From Scenedesmus sp. PABB004 (taxonomy: Eukaryota), in contig JABVCE010000014.1 in the NCBI GenBank assembly GCA_014905635.1, forward strand, positions 868,001 to 932,000: 64,000 bases of DNA. Reading direction: 5' to 3'. Position numbers and translations under genes: made by a program. Below the pieces are notes generated by a model that saw only the letters and a program-made list of their open reading frames with translations, made no database searches and had not been told where the DNA came from. Positions 60,748-64,000 of the stretch are shown here, piece by piece; positions within the stretch are counted from its first letter, which is position 1, and the number at the start of each line of letters is the position of its first letter.

Positions 60748-63700
60748 TCACGCCTGCGCGCCGCCGGGCAGCGGCGTCGCGCCAAAGTGCTCGACCAGCA
60801 GCTCCCGCAGCTTGGGCAGCAGGTGGTCCTCGTGGCACGGCACGCCAGCCTCGAGCTCCGCCGCAAGCGCGGGGTTCTCGCCGACGCGGCCGCCGAGGAA
60901 GATCTTGACGCCCTCGACCGCCTTGCCGTCGAGGCGCGCGGGGCCGCCCATGAGACCGATGTCGGCGACCTGCGCCTGGCCGCACGAGTTGGGGCACCCC
61001 GTCCAGTGGATGCGCACGGGGCGCGGGAGGGAGAGGCTCGCCTCGAGCGCCGCGACCATGGCCATCGCGCGGCCCTTGGTCTCGATGAGGCCAAAGCCGC
61101 AGAACTGGCTGCCCGTGCACGACACGAGCCCGCGCTCGAGGTTGCCTGCGCAGCGCGGCGCGCGGCGCGCGGCGGCGAGTGCGTGAGCCGCGCGCACGGC
61201 GCGGGCGGCAGCCCGCCCTGCCCGAAGCGTGCAGCCCCGCAGGACGCAGGCCGCGAGGGCAGGCCCAGTCCCGCGTCCCGCCGCCCCAGCAGCGCACCTG
61301 GGTTGACCTTGAAGCGCGCGAAGATGGGCTCTGCGAGCATCGCGGGCAGGCGGTCGTTGGGAACGTTGACAAAGAGGATGTTCTCCTCGCACGTCAGCCG
61401 CGCGGTGCCGTCGCCGTACGCCTCGGCGATGCGCGCAAACTCCTGCGCGCCACGCAGTGCGGCGGCGGCGGCGGGCGCGGGTGGGCGCGGGCGAGCGCGG
61501 GCAGGAGAGGGGGGGGGGGGGAGGAGGGGGAGGGGAGGACGAGCCGGAGGGCGTGCCGCAGAGCCCAGCTGCCGCCGCCTCCGCTGCGGCGCGCGCGGCG
61601 CGGCGGTAGCGCACCTCCAGGTCCTCCGCCTGCAGGCGCCCCGCGGGCACGCTCGCGCCGACCCAGCTCAGCCCCGGCTGCGCCTGCGCGTGCACGCCGA
61701 GCAGGTCGCGGCGCTCCCAGGGCTCGTCGTGCGCGGCGTGCACCGCGGGGGCGAGCACGGTGCCGGGGCCCATCTCGGCAGCGACCGCGGAGGCAAAGGC
61801 CTCAAAGCCCATCTCCTCAATCAGCCAGATGAGCCGCGTCTTCTGGCGGTCCGCGCGCGGGCCGCGGTCCCTGCGGCGGTGGCGGCAGGGTGGCGGCGGC
61901 ACGCGGGAGTCGGCGCGGGGCGCGGCCGCGGCGCGGGGCGCCGGCGCCGGCGGGCGCGAGCCGGCGCCCGCGCGCGAAGAAGGGCGCGCGCGTGCGCACC
62001 TCCACATGCGCAGCAGCGCGAGCGTGAAGGGCACGAGCTGGTCGCGCGTGACGGCGACGCCGAGGGGCAGGCTCATGATGTTGCGCTTGATGCTGAAGTA
62101 GCCGCCCACGAGCACGTTGAACAGCACGCCGCCGGGCGCGCCGGGCGCGGGCACCGCCTCAAACGCGAGGTCGTTGATCTGCGCGGGCGGGGGCGGACCG
62201 GGACGGCGGGAGGGCGTGAGGGCGGCGGCGCGAGCGGTTCACAAGGCCGAGCCGGGCAGAAGCGGGCGGCGGTGCCCCCGTGCGCGCGCCTGGGTGTGCG
62301 GGAAGTCGTCGCGCGAGGGCGAGATGCAGATGTTGAGCTTGCGCGGCAGGTTGGCAAACTCGGCGTTGCCCGCGCCGCCGTTGAAGAGCGCGTCGTTCAT
62401 CTCACGCAGGATGGGGCTGCCCGCAGCGGCGCGGCGCGGCTCGGGGTCAGTCCGCCTGCCGGGCCAGCGGCGCGGCGGCGGCGCAGCCCCGCCCGAGGCG
62501 CGCCGGGCAGGCGGCGGCGTTGCGCGGCGGTGCGCGGCGGCGCGGCGGCTCACCGCACGTCGAGCAGCTCGTGCGGGTCGACGCCGGCGATGGGGCTGGA
62601 CGTGAGGTTGCGCACGCTGTCCATGCCGCTCTGGATGCTCGACATGCCCCGCGCGATGAGCCCCGCCAGCACCTCATCCGCGTCCTCGAGCCGCACGCCG
62701 CGCAGCTGCAGGTTGGCGCGCGTCGTGATGTCGGCGCAGCCGTCGGCGCCGTAGCGCGACACGACCGACGCCGCGTAGCGCAGCTGCTCCGCGCTGACCT
62801 CGCCGTTGGGCAGCTGCGCGCGTGCGTGGGTGTGGCCGCGCGTGGCGGGTCAGGTTTGCTTGCGCCGGGGGCGGCGGCCAGACACGCGCCCTGCCCGTTA
62901 TTCCTCGCCCCCCTCCCCACCCCTCAGCGCGCGCGCGCCGTCCCTCCCTCAGTGTGTGCGCACCTTGAGTCGCATCATGAAGCGCTGCGGCGTGCGCTTG
63001 CCGCGGTGGAAGAGACCAGCGAACTTCATGCGCACGTCGACGTCGTCGAGGTTGAGCTCCTCCCACGTCGTCGACCCCTCGCGCAGCAGGCGCGCGAGCT
63101 CGGGCACCTCGCTCCACATCGTGCTGCGCGCGTGGTGGTGGTGGTGGGGGGGGGGGGGGGGGGGAGGTGTGAGGGCGTGCGGCACGGCGTACCGCCGGCG
63201 GCGCGCGCGAGAGGTGTGACCGCGCTGTACTGCCGGCAGGCGCGGTATGCTTGCGCCCGCACCGCCCGCGGCCCCGGCGGCGCGCGGCGAGCGCGGCCGG
63301 CGGGCGTGCGGCGGGGGCCCGCCGCGTGTGGTGCGGGCCCTGGCGCCGGGCGCCGCCGCTCCTGCTTGCAGGACTTTGCGCGCACCTGCCGCACTTCTCG
63401 GCCTTGATCTTCTCAAACTTGTTGGCCTTCTTGTCGGTCGCGCGCGCGCGCGCCTCCTCGCTGAGGAACTGCAGCCCGCTCACGGGCGCCGCGGCGGCGC
63501 CGGCGGCGGCGGCCTGCGAGCGGGGCAGCGCGGCGTCGGCGGCGCGCACCCGCAGCACGCGGCGCGCGGCGGCGCCAGCCGCCCGCCGCGCTCGAGGGGA
63601 GCAGGCGCGGGGCGCGGTCTCCGGGTGCGCCCCACCTCGCGCGGCTCGAGCGTGGCGGTGGCCGCCACCCGCAGCCGAGCCGCCCGCGGCGGCGGCGGGG

Positions 63701-63766
63701 GCGCGGACCGCGACCAGCGGCGCCCGCGGCGGGCCCGCGGCGCAGGCGCGTCGACGTCGTCTGCAT
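60748..63766 (-). CDS. NII1: Ferredoxin-nitrite reductase, plastid precursor
   Basis: NKFEKIKAEKCG, DVRMKFAGLFHRGK, ADITTRANLQLRG, SGMDSVRN, NLPRKLNICI, DRGPRADRQKTRLIWLI. Siroheme/4Fe-4S cysteines LVSCTGSQFCGFG and RIHWTGCPNSCGQ. Stop 60748. Confidence 0.95.
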
Positions 63767-64000
63767 GGCGGCGGGCCTGCGCTCAGGCGCGCGGGCTAGC
63801 TGGAGGAGGGCTGCTCGGCGTCGACTCGCGGCGTCGCTGGCGCTCGCAGGGGCTGCACGAGGTCTGGGACGGCGGTAGACTGCGGCTGGGCAGCTCGGGA
63901 GCAGCGAATGACGCGCAGCGCGGCTGCCGCGAAAAGTGACAGCGGCCCCAGGCGCTGGGACCAGGGGCACCAGGCACGAACCGGCGACCGCTCACTTGCG

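Noticed and set aside
59365..62754. 1129-aa + strand ORF
   Set aside because: Antisense to TPP2 and NiR exons and introns; GC artefact.
35159..63766. PEPC and nitrite reductase as a C/N assimilation cluster
   Set aside because: They are 17 kb apart with unrelated genes between; no nitrate reductase or transporter is visible in the window (it may lie beyond the right edge).
1..64000. Bacterial origin, tRNA/rRNA genes, introner-type repeated introns
   Set aside because: Spliceosomal introns occur throughout. No tRNA or rRNA was recognised. Similar introns occur only within duplicated gene segments, not across unrelated genes.

Overview
Extremely GC-rich (visually ~75-80%), intron-rich eukaryotic nuclear DNA, most consistent with a chlorophyte green alga (Sphaeropleales-like): short GT-AG/GC-AG introns, TGTAA poly(A) signals, TTTAGGG motifs, plant-type PEPC and ferredoxin-nitrite reductase. 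I read about 14 spliced genes. Conserved or cytosolic genes: an AP2/ERF factor, a large coiled-coil protein, an NTF2/SnoaL-like protein, an SDR+MDR fusion (NQR/ARP-like, PTS1), PEPC, tripeptidyl-peptidase II and nitrite reductase. They are interleaved with seven secreted modular-protein genes: a DUF11/DUF7507-like one-domain-per-exon protein, a tandemly duplicated PAN/Apple-type gene, a head-to-head pair of Cys-repeat paralogs sharing an N-terminal domain I cannot assign, and two mosaic pectate-lyase-fold paralogs. The most notable signals are the divergent Cys-module pair, a very high GC-AG intron frequency (8 of 27 PEPC introns by my reading), a miRNA-like hairpin in a PEPC intron, and recombination/gene-conversion mosaics in the secreted genes. 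Most long ORFs in the supplied track are GC artefacts. Exon boundaries were read by eye and are approximate.
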